DNA of 64,000 nucleotides from Chthoniobacterales bacterium (GTDB lineage Bacteria; Verrucomicrobiota; Verrucomicrobiia; Chthoniobacterales; UBA6821): NCBI GenBank assembly GCA_019747735.1, contig JAIEQL010000007.1, positions 10,456 to 74,455 of the forward strand, read 5' to 3'. Shown piece by piece: positions 62,960 to 64,000 of this stretch (position 1 is its first letter; each line of letters starts with the position of its first letter). The notes under the pieces were generated by a model. It saw only the letters and a program-made list of their open reading frames with translations, ran no database searches and was not told where the DNA came from. The position numbers and the translations under genes were made by a program.

Positions 62960-63751
62960 TCACCATCCCTTCACAACATTGCCTTGGAACAACTCTTGCG
63001 CTCGTTTAAAGACATCATCACTTTGATAAGCTTTCACAAAGTCTTGAATTTTTTTCTCATGGCAATTGTTTTCTCGAGCAACGATGACGTTGACATAAGG
63101 GGAGTCTTTTTCTTCCACAAAAAGTCCATCACGCAGCGGGAATAAATTGATTTGAGAAGCATAGGTCGTATTAATAACTGCTAGATCGACATCTTGGAGG
63201 GAGCGTGGTAATTGAGGGGCTTCCAATTCTAGAAGTTTTAAATTTTTGGGGTTGCTGATCACATCTGCTGTAGTGGCTGTGCAATCAGCTTCTGGCTTCA
63301 GTTCCAGGAGTCCTTGTTTCTGCAATAACATCAACGAACGTGCCAAATTGGTCGGATCATTGGGAAGAGCAATGGTTGCTCCCTCTTTTAAATCAGAGAG
63401 CTGCTTTATTTTTTGAGAATAACCTGCAAGAGGGTAAATAAAAGCGTTGCCCACTGGAACGAGCGGATAGCCACGGTCTTTCATCATGGCTTTTAAGTAA
63501 GGGAGATGTTGAAACACATTCACATCAAGAGATCCATCGGCAAGGGCAATGTTGGGAGTGACATAATCCGAAAAAACAACCGTTTCCACTGTAAGTCCAA
63601 ATTGTTCTTTGGCAACTTGTGTCACTGTTTCCATGAGCTCCGCTTCACGGCCGGCTACCACCCCTACTTTGACGACGTTTCCCTTCTGTTTTTTAGAGCA
63701 GGCACATAGAAAAAAGGTGGAAAGAATGGTAGTGATGATAAGGAGTTTCAT
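62960..63751 (-). CDS. metQ: MetQ/NlpA-family methionine-binding lipoprotein
   Basis: Lipobox-like FFLCAC, then VKVGVVAG...YVTPNIALADGSLDVNVFQH and the LPNDPTNLARSL pattern. Confidence 0.85.
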   Translation of the reverse strand: MKLLIITTILSTFFLCACSKKQKGNVVKVGVVAGREAELMETVTQVAKEQFGLTVETVVFSDYVTPNIALADGSLDVNVFQHLPYLKAMMKDRGYPLVPVGNAFIYPLAGYSQKIKQLSDLKEGATIALPNDPTNLARSLMLLQKQGLLELKPEADCTATTADVISNPKNLKLLELEAPQLPRSLQDVDLAVINTTYASQINLFPLRDGLFVEEKDSPYVNVIVARENNCHEKKIQDFVKAYQSDDVFKRAQELFQGNVVKGW

Positions 63752-63875
63752 AAGGTAAAGATCTGTAGGTTGTAGGCTGGCGTCGGGTTGAAATCTTTCA
63801 CTCTTTACTGCATCTTGTCTTCATCTCTTCTATCCCTGTAAATTAATTATTCAAAAACGCAATGCCGGCTGCAGT

Positions 63876-64000
63876 CTATAACCCAAAAGCCACATGAGCC
63901 AATTGAGCTGCTTTTTCAACGGCTGATTCCTCAATAATAACCGCTATTTTAATTTCGGAAGTAGAGATCATTTGAATATTGATGCCTCCTTGTGCTAAAG
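63876..64000 (-). CDS. lysC: aspartate kinase, C-terminal ACT-domain fragment (5' part beyond the right window edge)
   Basis: Manual reverse translation gives ...LAQGGINIQMISTSEIKIAVIIEESAVEKAAQLAHVAFGL*, with the stop at 63878..63876. Not in the ORF track because it is truncated. Confidence 0.7.
   Translation of the reverse strand, partial: LAQGGINIQMISTSEIKIAVIIEESAVEKAAQLAHVAFGL

Overview
64-kb chromosomal window, roughly low-to-mid 40s %GC by eye (not computed). Gene content and synteny look like a mesophilic PVC-group bacterium. It is Verrucomicrobiota-like, with some Chlamydiota-like traits such as a double-length UvrA and a LysM gene between murD and ftsW; this taxon call is tentative. 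Content from left to right: a Nudix-like fragment; a secreted hypothetical; mutL, purB, aroE; an 8.5-kb type IV pilus / type II secretion-like operon (minor pseudopilins H-I-J-K, PilMN fusion, PilO-like, Pro-rich periplasmic protein, secretin); a divergent dcw cluster (mraZ-rsmH-ftsL-ftsI-murE-murF-mraY-murD-LysM-ftsW) that ends at an Rpn/PD-(D/E)XK nuclease gene; acnA, bcp, dgkA, a TPR protein, lpxI; a small accessory stretch (two RelE/ParE-type TA pairs, a methyltransferase, an orphan XRE/HipB-like regulator, a secreted hypothetical, a class-V aminotransferase); ileS, lspA, a GNAT, an MsbA-like ABC exporter, an AAA+/DUF4143 ATPase, a 1875-aa tandem-fused UvrA, HU/IHF, malQ, dnaE; a eukaryote-type type II PI4-kinase-like protein; coaX, a yqjD/E/K-like membrane triad, metQ and a lysC fragment. 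No tRNA, rRNA, CRISPR array, integrase or prophage was seen. The most unusual signal is not a gene. Almost every intergenic spacer holds a long hairpin-forming inverted-repeat element from several families. Members of at least two families sit inside protein-coding genes without breaking the frame (acnA, aroE, mutL, the gspK-like gene), or donate a stop codon (GNAT) or a start codon (coaX). This resembles the Rickettsia palindromic element phenomenon in a different lineage. Second most interesting is the AT-rich gene for a full-length type II PI4K-like kinase. All calls come from reading the sequence and the ORF translations; no database search was possible.
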